A stretch of DNA of 63,916 nucleotides, counting the filler, from Ministeria vibrans ATCC 50519 (lineage: Eukaryota > Protista > Filasterea), in NCBI GenBank assembly GCA_943704425.1. It is 6 parts of 6 records of this genome, joined end to end, with 100 filler letters (N's around TTAATTAATTAA, not from the genome) between each part and the next. Parts side by side here need not be neighbours in the genome. Positions count along the whole stretch, not along the records: positions 1 to 14,570 come from CALSCP010001260.1; positions 14,671 to 39,580 come from CALSCP010002438.1; 4 more parts are not named here. One strand, given 5' to 3'. This document shows positions 1 to 15,030 of this stretch, in pieces; the stretch's first letter is position 1; each line of letters opens with the position of its first letter. The position numbers and the translations under genes were made by a program. Under the pieces are notes generated by a model. It ran no database searches and was not told where the DNA came from. It worked only from the letters and a program-made list of their open reading frames with translations.

Positions 1-102
<102 letters not shown>

Positions 103-134
103 CTCTCTCTCTTCTCGCGTGTATGTGTGTGTAG

Positions 135-1627
135 GTTCTTTGTGAGATTGTCGTGCAAATCTTCCGGTCGTACATCAAGACGATTGAAGATGACCTGAAC
201 AACATGCTTGTGTCGGCAATGCTTGAGTACGAGAGCATTGACCTGGCCGAGTGGACGGGCCAGGCAACCCCGACGGTATGATGAAGATTTTTGTTATCGA
301 TGTTGCGAGTTTGTCGAGAGAAAGAGAGGTGGCATTTAGAGAGAGAAACTTTGGCCTCGTCTTTTTTCTCTCTCTAGCGCTTTGTTTCTTTTTCCCTCCT
401 CTCTCTCTCTTTTTTCCTCTCTATCACTTTGTTTTTCTCTCTCTTTCTTACTCTCTTACTTTCTTTCTTTCTTTCTTACTTTTTTCTTACTTTTTTTTCG
501 TTCTTACTCTCTTACTTTCTTTCTTTCTTTCTTACTTTTTTCTTACTTTTTTTTCGTTCTTACTTTCTTTCTTTCTTTCTTTTTGTATACTTTTAGCGGT
601 CGCGGTTGAGTGGACGGCAAATGGCACCTCCTGATGTTACAGCACTACTCTCACGTTCCGTCGAGACCCTTCAACGCTACCAAGTCGACTCTGAGATTGT
701 GGATCAAGTTGTCGAACAGGTGCGAGTGTGTGTGTGTGTCACATAATGTGTATCATTCTGCTGCAACTGTGGTTATTGTTAATTATTCAGGTGTTTATGA
801 CGATTGGTGCGATTATGTTGAACAATCTGCTTTTGAGAAAAGGGCTGTGTAAATGGTCTAAAGGTCAGGAAACAAAGATTTACCAGATTTTCAAGTTAAA
901 AATGCTCAACTCTCTCTGTCACTTTGTTTCTCTCTTTCTTTCCCTTTCTTTCTTTCTTTCTTTCTTTCTTTTTATTGCGTCTCTTTTTGTAGGCATGACC
1001 ATCATCCACAATCTCAAGGTCATTGAGTCATGGGCTCGCGACAACAACTTCCCTCACGTACGAGCCCTCTCTCGTTCTTAATTTTTACTAATATCCTTTT
1101 CTTACTCTGTTAGGTGATGATGGTGCGTCCGGTGGTAGCTCTGCGACAGTGCGCTCAGTTGCTCCAGATTCCCAAGAAGGAAGATCAAATCGATACCATC
1201 CTTGAGACCTGCTCGGGTACACACTTACTAACACACTTACACACTCAAGACAACAGACACACCAAGTCATACTTAATCTGTTTCTGGCACCCTTTTTTTA
1301 GAAATGTCAATCGTTCAAATGCAGAAGATCCTCACAATGTACACACCCGACAGCATTGAGGGGCGTGTGCCGCAGAAGCTTATCCGTGCCATTGCGGCCC
1401 GAGGTAGCGTACGCTCCACCGACAACAAGGTACTCACCCTCCTCCTGAAATGCCCTTTTACTGACCCCCCGTTTTTGCCTTCCTGATATTGTGTGTGTGT
1501 GTAGCTGATGATTGAGATGGTGACGGAGAAGCCGCTCAATGTGCCATTTACGCCCCTTCCAACACAGTTTACCACTCTGGAGATTCCGCGTGCCATTGCG
1601 CTACACGATGTCCTTGAGATGATGTAG
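135..1627 (+). CDS. Class V-type myosin C-terminal globular tail (DIL domain), 3' exons only (5' truncated by window start)
   Basis: Seven hand-spliced GT-AG exons give VLCEIVVQIFRSYIK...VDSEIVDQVVEQ-VFMTIGAIMLNNLLLRKGLCKWSKGMTIIHNLKVIESWARD...QCAQLLQIPKK...QMQKILTMYTPD...LEMM*. This matches the myosin V DIL signature (LNNLLLRKxxCxWSKG, AQLLQ, KILxxYTP). Stop TAG at 1625-1627. Confidence 0.85.
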
Positions 1628-1759
1628 ACAGGAGACCAATGCCTTTGTTTCATAGCCCTCACATACACATACACACACACACACACATTTCAAAACAATA
1701 CGATTCGTTTCATATTGAACAGTCGGCAGGTTAAAATTATACATTCTCGTACAGAGGTG

Positions 1760-4700
1760 TTAGGTGGCACTGTCATTCTCGGCAGTTTGCCGGGGGTCGC
1801 CTGCCCGCAATGGACCCGGCGAGAGCAAGCGCTGTGGATAGTGCGCCTTGATGGCGTCCAGGAGGCGCTGTGCGACGGCAAGGAAATCGTCCGAGTGCCG
1901 CAGTACACGGTCGTTGGGCAATTCAGCGTGCACGTCGTCAATAAAGTCGGCAAGCAGCCCCATGAGCTCAACACAACACTGCTGTCCAAACTCATCAATC
2001 GCACTACTCATGCCCGCACTGTAATTGAAAAGCGTCTTGCACACCAGCTGGCACACTGTCCAGTCTTCCCGACCCCACTGCACAAGCACGTCCACCAGTC
2101 TACAGAAGCAACAAAGCAGTAATTTAGTTCCTCATGTGAATTTCAAGCAGGCGGGGGGGGGGGGGGGACACGCTGCTTTATACATATTGGGGCCTGATGC
2201 CTCGCAAAGGAAGCGCCGGTGCTCACGGTCCGCCATCATGTTGATCAGCACCCCACACGCTGTGATGACCACCTCGCTTGAGCGTTTGTGCTCCTGTACA
2301 ACACTGAGCAACAAAGGTCCCACTACACGACAGACAATAGTGAGTGAGTGTGCGCCTTGAACGGGTCAGTAAGAGAGCGGGTGAGCCAGTGAGTAAGTCA
2401 GTCAGTCAGTCAGTCACTGACTCACTCACTCACCCAGTGAGAGTACATGGGTGAGGGTGGTGCACTCATTCGTACCGCCTTGTGAACGCAGCAGTGTGCG
2501 CACATCCTCATAGCGAGTCAGATTGCCCAGTACTCGCGACGCTTCCGTAATCATCTCAACATTTTCGTGTTGTAACAGAGGAATCAATCCTAGGTTAGAT
2601 ATATTACATCTTGCCTCAGAGAGACCATTGCCTACTTACGTTCAACGACAGACAATCTCAGGCAAATAACACAGTTTCGCGGATCATCATAGTACGACAG
2701 ATTATGCACCGCCCCCACTGCATTCAGTACAAGCTCTTCATTGCCACACTGGCCGTCTATCCAAAGAGTAGCGGAGCAAGTTTAGTCCAAGAGAGGATGG
2801 GGTGAGTGAGTGAGTGAGTGATTGTGTGATGTGTGTGTACCAATAAACTGAATGACTGACTCAACGCTCTTCAGTGCCGCAATGGACGGGCCCACCTCGG
2901 GATGAATTGAGAGATTGGCAATCACTCGAATCAGCTGATAAATACAATCAAATCATGATCTTTTCACTGTTAGAAAGCTTAAACTATTTATACCTTTATA
3001 ACAATGTTTTGTGCATCTGCCAAATCTGGTGTGCTCTCCCTACATGATTGACATTTAGTCCAATCATTAATCGTTGGTTTTTGCTACCTCTTTTTGATTT
3101 GCTTTGCGTACTCATCGAGCAGCGCAAAGAAGATCGTGATAGCACTAAAGGCATTGAAGAGAGCCAAGCGCACTCCATTTGCGTGTGACGTGAGGTTCCC
3201 CAGCACAAACGCAATGCGCAACACAATTGGTTGGTGAGTGGTGGCATAGCGCGCGAGCAAGGGCACAAGAGCAACACTGAGCTGCTCGAGCGCCCCATTG
3301 ATCTCAGGGGTCGAATCGGCAATCTTATTGGATGCATCGACTGGTGTTGTGATGGTGGTGGAGGGTATTTTCATATGCATGTCTGTGGTGATGGTGAGTT
3401 TGCTGAGAATTCGTGAGACGTTGAGGATCACTTCGGAGTCGCTGCAGAAGGGCTGAAGCAGACGATACAGTGCCTACATATATATATATATATATATATA
3501 TATACATTAAGACAAATCGTTTCGTTTTTAAATATTTTGAACCTGAGTGACTTGTGCACGACGGAAAAGCGGACGATGGTCGGGAGCAACAGCAAGATTG
3601 CGGAGGGTTGCGGTGACAAGCACGACAAGGTGAGTGTACTGCTGCCGCAGAAGGTCGCTCGTAGTACTACTACTACTACTGATACTATTACTCGTGTGAG
3701 AGAGAGGTGTGTTTGGTGTGCTTGGGGCTGGTGTGATGGCGGTGGTACACGAGGCGTGAACAACATGTGACAGGAGCACTGTGAGGGCTTCGATGAGATG
3801 GAGATCGCGTGCAAAACGGCTCTGCGCTGTGTCGTCATTGCTCAAGTTGCGTAGGGTCGCCATGACGTAGATGAGACCTTGTAATTGCGATGGTGATGTG
3901 GTGGCAACGCTAAGGAGTCTCACTAAAACGCGTTCGAGTCCGTGTGCGTCAAAGAGTGGATCGTGTGCTGCAACACGCGACAGTCGAAAGATCAGTTTGG
4001 CCGTGGCGGTGAATGTACTGCCTTCTTGGCGCAGCAGAAAGGCAATTTTTGCCAGACGGAGGGCCAGAGCTGCAAGGGATGCTGGAGGGCTCGCGCTGTT
4101 GATCGCATCGCGGTGTACTTCGATAACACGAAATAGCGTCTGAAGTAAAGCTTTGCGATTGCGACCGCGCTCGAGCATCCCCTGCTTGTCCAGGACGTCT
4201 TCAATGCTGACGCAAGTCTGAAGCAGCGATGTCCACGTTTCGTCGTCAACGAGTGACGTATCTTGCACACCCTGGTGCACCAGTGTCTCGGTGAGAGGTG
4301 CAAGCGCCTCCAAGCGGCCTTGGTCACCCTCGGGTTGTTGGGTGGACGAGTCGTCGTCCGTTGATAATGAGGCAGTTCGTCCCACGGAACGGTGTCGTCG
4401 AGCAGCGGCCGGAGCACTGCGAACCCCTTCGGGGCGATCGGCAGCTGGCGGTTTGGGCGCCACCGGTGGTTTGTCGACGGTTGTCGAAGCCAACGAGTGT
4501 TCACGCGGCACTGTGGCAGGGGCGACGCTTCGCGGTTGACTCTCGTGCTGTTCGACGGCAGCGGCAATGGACGTTGAGCGTGATCGCCGACGCGCCAGTG
4601 CGCCATGGCTGGGTCTCTGTAAGAGAGGGGGATGCTGTTATCGCGTCGAGCCTCTGCGCAGACGGCGTACCTCGCCACTGGGGGGTCGTGGAACTGTTCT

Positions 4701-5214
4701 GTCGGGTCGATCAATGGGATCAAGCCGGATCCCCGCTGTTCGTACCGAAGTGGCAGAGTCCAGAGAGGTGACACTCAATTTGAAAGAACACATAATTATT
4801 TTGTTAAAAAAAAAAACTCAAGAGAAGATAATGCAAAATAATGTGTCCAGAGGGCATGTTCGTGTGGAATAAAGAGAGTTTGACACGGGTTTGAGAGAAA
4901 AAGGGGCGATTTGGATCATAATTACGAGTTTTCAGTTTGTCAAATTGTGACACAGATTGACAAATCGTGTGCGACACACGATTTGCACAGACAACTTACC
5001 TGAACGCACTACTAGGACGATACTCATTTAAGCTTGCCCGAGACTCGCGACGGTTCAGAGCGGCAGGAGGCAGGGCTGCGGCAGCATGAGAAGTGTCAAA
5101 GAGGGATCGACATCCCGATTCGGGCGTGAACGGACGAGAGGGGCGATGCAGCGACGCGCGTGCCTCGCCGATGATCTCTGCACTCGTCTGAACCCTGCGG
5201 GGAAGATTCATCAT
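1760..5214 (-). CDS. ARMC2: Armadillo repeat-containing protein 2-like (cilia/flagella-associated)
   Basis: Multi-exon model. N-terminal QTSAEIIGEARASL..RPFTP...RPSSAFS matches the ARMC2 N-terminus. ARM segments: TLRNLS, NVSRILSKLT, RIAFVLGNLT, KLIRVIANLSIH, EELVLNAVGAVHNLSYY, EASRVLGNLT, ACGVLINMM. Confidence 0.85.
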
Positions 5215-5288
5215 AAAAAAAACTAATACGTCTTAACTCTTAATGTACTATGATTGTGCGTGTGTGTGTGCAAAGTGTGTGAGTACGT

Positions 5289-6298
5289 CTACATTTCAGC
5301 GAATTCACGCAATACAACGGGCACACTGGTGCAAGGGATCATGCCAACCTCAGTGATAACCATGTCGACAAAGTGGGGTGGAGTGACATCGTACATGATG
5401 TTGAGCATGCGCAGTCCAGGCATGTTGCGCCAATCCGCAAGCGCACCTGTATTCAAACGGCCACCAGCAACTGCTGTGGCAGAAGCGGGGGCGGCAGTGG
5501 CTGCAGCGGCAGCTGATGTAGACGCAGCGGCCGATGGGGCAGAGGAGGAGGAGGACGAGCCCTTTGCATTCGATGCGGAGCAGGCGTCTTTAGTGAGCGC
5601 AGCCGCAGCGCCACTGAGCAAGAGTGACTTGTGATGATGCGTATCGACGCGAGCAATGTCATCCGGATCGCCAAGCTCGTTGAACACAAAGGGATCAGTC
5701 TGAGAGCGTTCACAAAACTTGTAGCGTTCGCAACAGACCATGACAGGAACATTGTTAGCCTTGGCCATCATCGCAACGACACTCGTGCCCACGCGCGACA
5801 TCACACACCCGTTCGCCAGCATTGCATGCGCCCCAAGAATCACCGACGTTACTCCCTGGCAATATAAGGGGAAAAGGCACACGCATATTAGAACACAAGC
5901 GCAAAGAATCACATGGTCCCTCACTCACACACACAAACATACATACACACACAAACAGACGGTGTGACAGAGTGTGACAGGGTATGTAAGAGTGTGATAT
6001 GACAAAGTGTGACAGAGTATTAAAGGTGAAAAAGGCACACGCATATTAGGACACAAAAGTAAAAATCATATAGTCCCTCGCACACACAAACGGACGGCGT
6101 GACAGAGTGTGACAGAGTGTGTAAAACACATAGAGTGGGAGAGAGAGTGACAGAGTAAAAAGAGAGAAACAGAGAGAGAGGAGAAAGAAACAAAGTGATA
6201 GAGAGAGAGGAAGGAGAAAGAAACAAAGTGATAGAGAGAGAGAGGAGGGAGAAAGAAACAAAGTGATAGAGAGAGAGAGGAGGGAGAAAGAAACAAAG

Positions 6299-6377
<79 letters not shown>

Positions 6378-6386
6378 NNNNNNNNN

Positions 6387-6441
<55 letters not shown>

Positions 6442-8501
6442 GAGAAAGAAACAAAGTGATCGAGAGAGAGAGAGAGAGAGAGAGAGCACGACTCACCTTC
6501 ATAATGTACGATGCTGCGCCAATGAGCACATACTTGCAGGCAATTCCGGCGGCAATGAGTCTGCGAAGCGTCTCGACGCCCTCCATCTTGGGCCGCGAGT
6601 CCATGACAACCACCTCAAACGGAACTCCTTTGCTGTGCGTGTACAGAAGCGTCTCAAGCACACACGACGAACTACTCGAATTCAAAATGATTCAGTCACT
6701 CACAAATCCGTCTCGTTCTTACCACGCAAACACGAGAATGGTGTCCCCGCGTCTAATTTTCGTCTGTGCGTACTTGGCAATCGCTTGATCTGCCAACTCA
6801 ATTCGCTCGTACACAAACTGATCAATTGCTTCCCCCAAAATCTCTTTCGCCTATTCCAACAAAAACACAAAAAGTACAAGTCAGCGTCACGATTCGCGTC
6901 GTGTGTGTGTCATTGTTACTTCAGTATCACTGATTTCCGGACTAATTGAGGCGATTTTCTGCTTAAGGAACTTGATAGCATTGCCCATTGAGACTGAGAT
7001 CTGACGACACTGTGCCAGATGCTTAATGTAGGGTTTGATGCTGTCGCCCTATCGCCAACGTGAGTGGATTGTGTGGAGTGTTTTTCTTGTGGTGTGTTTG
7101 TACCAGATCGTGTCTGAGTTGAGTCTTTGGCGGGGTTTCGTAATCTTCAAATACGCGTCTGAAGGCCGAGAGAAGCGCAATGCAACGGGCATTTGAGCCC
7201 ACAATAGACCCTGTCGCATACTTAAGGCCCAGTGACACTAAACACACACATCAGTGCTTATCACTTTGTTTCATTCTCCTCTCTCTCTATCACTTTGTTT
7301 CATTATCCTCTCTCTCTCTATCACTTTGTTTCATTCTCCTCTCTCTCTCTATCACTTTGTTTCTTCTCCCTCCCCTCTCTCTCTATCACTTTGTTTCTTC
7401 TCCCTCCTTTCCCTCTCTCATCTCTCATATATATATTACCAATAGCCGGGTGAATGTCAGAGGCACTGAGACCCATATCAGCCTGCGAGAGAGTCGCGAG
7501 AGGACGTCGGAACGACTGCAGATGCGACACAAATTGCACTTCCTTCTCCGTCGGCTGAAAAAATCACCATGTCATTATCTCTTTCCTTTTTTTCTCAAAA
7601 TTTGGGCCTGCTTGTACCTTGCTCTTCTTGTTGATGTCTTGTAAGATTACAGAGGGTGTCGGCTGAGGTTTGGCTATCGAAACACAGAAACACACGCACA
7701 AAAGGGCTTTTAAGTACGAAGGATGGAAAGAGTGGGTTTTATACCTTTGCTTTGCTTTGCACTGCTTCCACTTGCACCGCCACCGCCACTCAAAGTGGTG
7801 GTGATGCTCTTGGATGTCGATGATGCTGTTGATGCCGCCGCTGCATTTAAGGTACTCTTGCGTGCCTCATCGACACGCGCACGATCCTTCTTCGATTGCT
7901 GCTGTGCCGTTTCCTTTTTCGCTCTCGTGCTCTTCGGCGACTTTGCCAAGCCAGCCTGCAATCATACCCCAAGAGTCCATAAGTAAAGTATCAACCCCGA
8001 AAGACACAGCGAGAGCGAGCGTGAGAGTGAGACAGAGAGAAAAGTGATACGGAGAGCAACAAAGGGATAGATAGAAAAACAAAGTGATACAGACAAAGTG
8101 ATACAGACAAAGTGATACAGATAAAGTGAGAGAGAAACAAAGTGAGACAAAGTAGAGACAAGAGACAAAGTGAGACAAAGTGAGACAAAGTGAGAGAGAT
8201 TGCCGAAAAGAAGGCAAAAAAACAACTTACATTCTGCTTGCGCTCATATTCATAGAGAACCCTTCGCTCGTCCTTGCTGAGCTTGCTCTTTTCCTCTTCC
8301 GTCATGGTGGAAATGAGCTTTTTTGGCACCTGACGAAATATCCCCCATGAAAAAGAGGTGAGAAGGAACGCCACGCCAGGCTGTTTCTGCTTACCAGGGG
8401 GTTGGCTGCCGGGCCGGCCGCATCGCTCCCTGTGGAGCCCAAGGTGAAGGAGGAAGACGCGTGAATCAGTGGATTGGGCGTTCTTTTCGAGTACCGCTCA
8501 T
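5289..8501 (-). CDS. EIF2B4: Translation initiation factor eIF2B delta subunit
   Basis: Spliced exons give [115 protein letters not shown]. Predicted ATG at 8501 via two short first exons. Confidence 0.95.
6181..6486. repeat. (GA)n microsatellite with interspersed GAAACAAAGTGATAGAG motif (eIF2B-delta intron)
   Basis: Five motif copies between GA runs. Confidence 0.9.
7255..7400. repeat. TATCACTTTGTTTC motif array (eIF2B-delta intron, antisense orientation)
   Basis: About five copies separated by CT runs. Confidence 0.9.
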
Positions 8502-8883
8502 TTTCAACAATGATTCTCTGTGTTCAACTGTGGTGCTCGAATAAGAAGTGAACCGCTGTCTGCAACACCGACTCTACCAAAGTATGTATGAAACAACAAC
8601 AAAATTGAAATGTTGAAATTTGATGACTAATTGTATAATAACTTTCGAGTTTGTTTGAGACTGAATCGTTTGCTCTTGTGAAGAAGGAGCTATAGACAGC
8701 TGTAGAAACGAAGGATGACGAATGAAATGATTAAAATCATTTGAACGAGAAGTATGCGAGGCTCGTTGACGAGTGGGTACTTTGTATATCAAATCTCCAA
8801 AACTCAAGGATCTCCGTTACATGTCCTGACACAAAAAGAAACACAAACAACCTGAAACACCAACAGAAAGCACACGCGCTCGC

Positions 8884-9730
8884 TCAATTCTCGGTTGCTT
8901 CTTTCTCGGCCTTGAGCTTCTGAGCCTTGGCTTCGAGGTCCTTGAGGGCACCCTGGATAGCGTCCTCTGCAAGCATGGAGCAGTGCAGTTTGACGGGCGG
9001 CAGACACAGCTCCTCGGCAATCTCCAGATTCTTAATCTTCTTCGCCTGCGACATGTGCATTCCAATGAGTTTCTCGGTGGCATACGAGCTGCTTGCAATC
9101 GCCGAGCCACACCCAAACGTCTTGAACTTGGCACCGATGATCTAAGTCAAGACAGACAAGGTCAAACAACCACAACAACACAGTAAAGGTCTCTTACGAC
9201 GCCACTTTCGTCGACTTCAATCTGCAGACGCATCACATCACCACACGCCGGTGCACCCACAAGACCTATGTACAATAAATAGTATCAGTGAAAAAAAAAC
9301 GTTTTTGTGTCCAAAGGTAAAAAAAAAAAATAAAAAAGAACGACCAGAAAATGCAAAGAGTGCAGCTCCTGTGAGTGGGCAACCACGTAGTGGTAAACCA
9401 AACGAGTCCATTGGCTCCACCAACACAATTGATGACGAAAACGCCACAGAAAGAGAACGAAAGAAAAAAAAAGAAAAGAAAATTTCCTCTGCGCACCTGT
9501 GCCGACATTGGACTTCTTGACGTCCATCGTGCCGACGTTTCGAGGGTTCTCGTAATGGTCAATCACCTACGCACGAGAGAGCGGGTCAATAAGCCCGTCT
9601 AAGGCGAGAACGAGCGACTCTCGAAAACGAAACGAGTCCCGACCTTTTGGTGATATGCGTAGCCACGTCGTCCAATGGCTGTGAGCTGGGCGCCCAGGCG
9701 TCCGTTTGCTTTGAGCAGCGATGACAGCAT
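8884..9730 (-). CDS. ISCU: Mitochondrial Fe-S cluster scaffold IscU/Isu1
   Basis: Four exons: a presequence-like MLSSLLKANGRLG, then YHQKVIDHYENPRNVG...GLVGAPACGDVMRLQI...KFKTFGCGSAIASSS...LCLPPVKLHCSMLAEDAI. Confidence 0.97.
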
Positions 9731-9921
9731 GATATTGGATATTGAGAATTTTTATGAAATTTATTATGAGTTCATTAATCATTTAATCATTTCATTCAGA
9801 GCAATGCTCAATCGTTTCCGAGTTCCGATCGAAAATTCAAAATTCACAAATCACAAGAGTCAAGACCCAAATCACCCAAATCACAATATCTTCTTTCCAC
9901 TGACCGACACACACACACACA

Positions 9922-9952
<31 letters not shown>

Positions 9953-9953
9953 C

Positions 9954-12986
<3,033 letters not shown>

Positions 12987-13086
12987 ACCCTATTTCGTCT
13001 CAAATCAAACCCCACCCAATGCCGCCTTCCCAATAATAATAAAAATTATGTTACACATTTGCTGTCCTGCAATAAAATTAATTTGA

Positions 13087-13907
13087 TCAATCGTCACTGT
13101 CGTCACTGTCACTCCCATAGCCGGCAATGAGGAGGATGGGCGCACCACCAACCACTGGGGCTGACTCGGTCGCGCTCACAATCTTTTCGTCCGCTGGCGT
13201 TGCGTCCGTGTCCGTTTTGGCCTTCTTTCGGCCTTCCTCAGTCGTCTCGTCGCGCTTTGCTTCCGCCCCGCGCTTCCGTACAATTCCTCGCAATCCTTTC
13301 AGCAGCTTTGATTGACTTGCTGTTGCAGGCGGCGGTCTTTTCGCAGCGCCATCTACTTTAGGTCGTGGTCCATTTGCGTCACCTGTTCTGCTCGTCGTCG
13401 TTGTTGTTGTTGTTGCCGTCTCCGTCGTCGATTTCAAGACAGCCTCGCGAAATTCTTTCACGGCGTCCACCTCTTCTTTCCAGCGCTCCGATTCACGCTG
13501 CTCTTGCGTGTCCTGCACATTCTTGACAAATTCATACTCGTCGGCGTCCAGACCAAGGTACACTTGGTTCTCTGTAAGAAGCAGCACACGGGTTGAGCGA
13601 CCAGCGAGCACACAAGAAACACAACCGTCCTTACTCAGCGCATATTTTGACTCAAATTCCGCGTCCTTCTTTGCTCGCTGCTCCGCCAACTTTTCAAATA
13701 GAGGTCGTCGATCAATTCGTTCCTTGGGAGCTTCGGCTGTGAACAAGAGCCAATGTCAGAGAGAGAGAGAGAGAGACCCAATCTATCTCTATAATAAATG
13801 GTACCTTCCAAACGTTCCGCTTCACGAACGGCCGCCCATTGCGCCGCTCGCTCTTCCGCCGAACCCAAGTGAAGTTCTTGCTCTACTCCTCCCTTGGTGA
13901 ACTCCAT
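13087..13907 (-). CDS. FAM192A/NIP30 (PSME3IP1)-like nuclear protein
   Basis: Three exons. DRRPLFEKLAEQRAKKDAEFESKYALKNQVYLGLDADEYEFV matches the NIP30 N-terminal domain; the C-terminus is IAGYGSDSDDSDD. Confidence 0.85.
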
Positions 13908-14042
13908 TGGGAAAAGCAAATATAAAATTAATTGAAGAAGAAGAAGACATTTCCAATAATTATCGAGAAAAGCTAAAAAGGAATTTGCAGAATGCGTGAT
14001 TGTGAGACTGTGAGTGAATAGCTTTTTTTCCTCCTCCTCACG

Positions 14043-14570
14043 ATGGCGTCGAGGGCGCCGCCGGTGGCTGAAGCTGACCGGGCGGGTGCGGCATCGTCAC
14101 CGTCCTCGTCGACTGCGACCCTTGTGAGGCGCAGCACCTCGCTCGGCTGCGTGGCGGACGCCAGCGCGCAACCGACGCGAACGGAAGAGGAGTCGCCCGC
14201 TTCAAACGCCGCAGAAACAGGACACAGCAGGGCTCAAACGGAAACGCCGGCGTCCCAAACCTCTCCCAAGTCCCGTACCACCACCCCGAGCTCCGCACCG
14301 CCGCCACCAAAGCCCTGCAACTTCTTTGTGGTCCGCTCTCTGGACTCCCAGTTGGCGTTACGTGTCCCCGATGGCTTCAACAGCCAAACGTGCGCCGTCT
14401 CTGGGCCCGGAACGTTACACAACCATGCCCTGGAACGTATCAACGCGGTAAGCTGCTGTGCGCGTGCCCTCTTCTCGTCGTCAGTGCACTCTAAGTTTAC
14501 CTGTGACACTTCGGCCAAAAACGTTGTAGTCATTTGGTGTGGCCATGGCGGATGTCGACGATCCCGACCA
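14043..14570 (+). CDS. Hypothetical protein, 5' part (cut by contig end)
   Basis: ATG divergent from FAM192A and an open GC-rich frame, with a plausible GTAAGC...AAG intron near 14447-14495. No family recognised. Confidence 0.45.
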
Positions 14571-14670
14571 NNNNNNNNNNNNNNNNNNNNNNNNNNNNNN
14601 NNNNNNNNNNNNNNTTAATTAATTAANNNNNNNNNNNNNNNNNNNNNNNNNNNNNNNNNNNNNNNNNNNN
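14571..14670. other. Artificial contig linker (N44-TTAATTAATTAA-N44)
   Basis: Identical 100-nt spacer with stops in six frames; recurs five times in the window. Confidence 0.97.
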
Positions 14671-15030
14671 ATGTCGGTGTCGCACAGTGCGCCGGTGTAA
14701 CCAGGGAGACATGAACAAGTGTGGCCGTTGACATTGTCGGTGCAGTTGCCAAAGGCGCACGGTGACGACGCACAGTCATCAATGTCGGTGTCGCACAGTG
14801 CGCCGGTGTAACCAGGGAGGCATGAGCAAGTGTGGCCGTTGACATTGTCGGTGCAGTTGCCAAAGGCGCACGGTGACGACGCACATTCATCAATGTCGGT
14901 GTCGCACAGTGCGCCGGTGTAACCAGGGAGGCATGAACAAGTGTGGCCGTTGACATTGTCGGTGCAGTTGCCAAAGGCGCACGGTGACGACGCACATTCG
15001 TCCATGTCGGTGTTGCACAGTGCGCCGGTG
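14671..15030 (-). repeat. 111-bp coding tandem repeat (37-aa EGF unit), ~3 copies
   Basis: Near-identical DIDECASSPCAFGNCTDNVNGHTCSCLPGYTGALCDT units; nucleotide period 111. Confidence 0.9.

Noticed and set aside
5900-6500. SLSLSL/ERERER/CVCVCV ORFs in the ORF track (here and elsewhere)
   Set aside because: Translations of intronic dinucleotide microsatellites.
14615-14626. TTAATTAATTAA palindrome as a biological site
   Set aside because: Always flanked by 44 N on each side and identical five times: an assembly linker.
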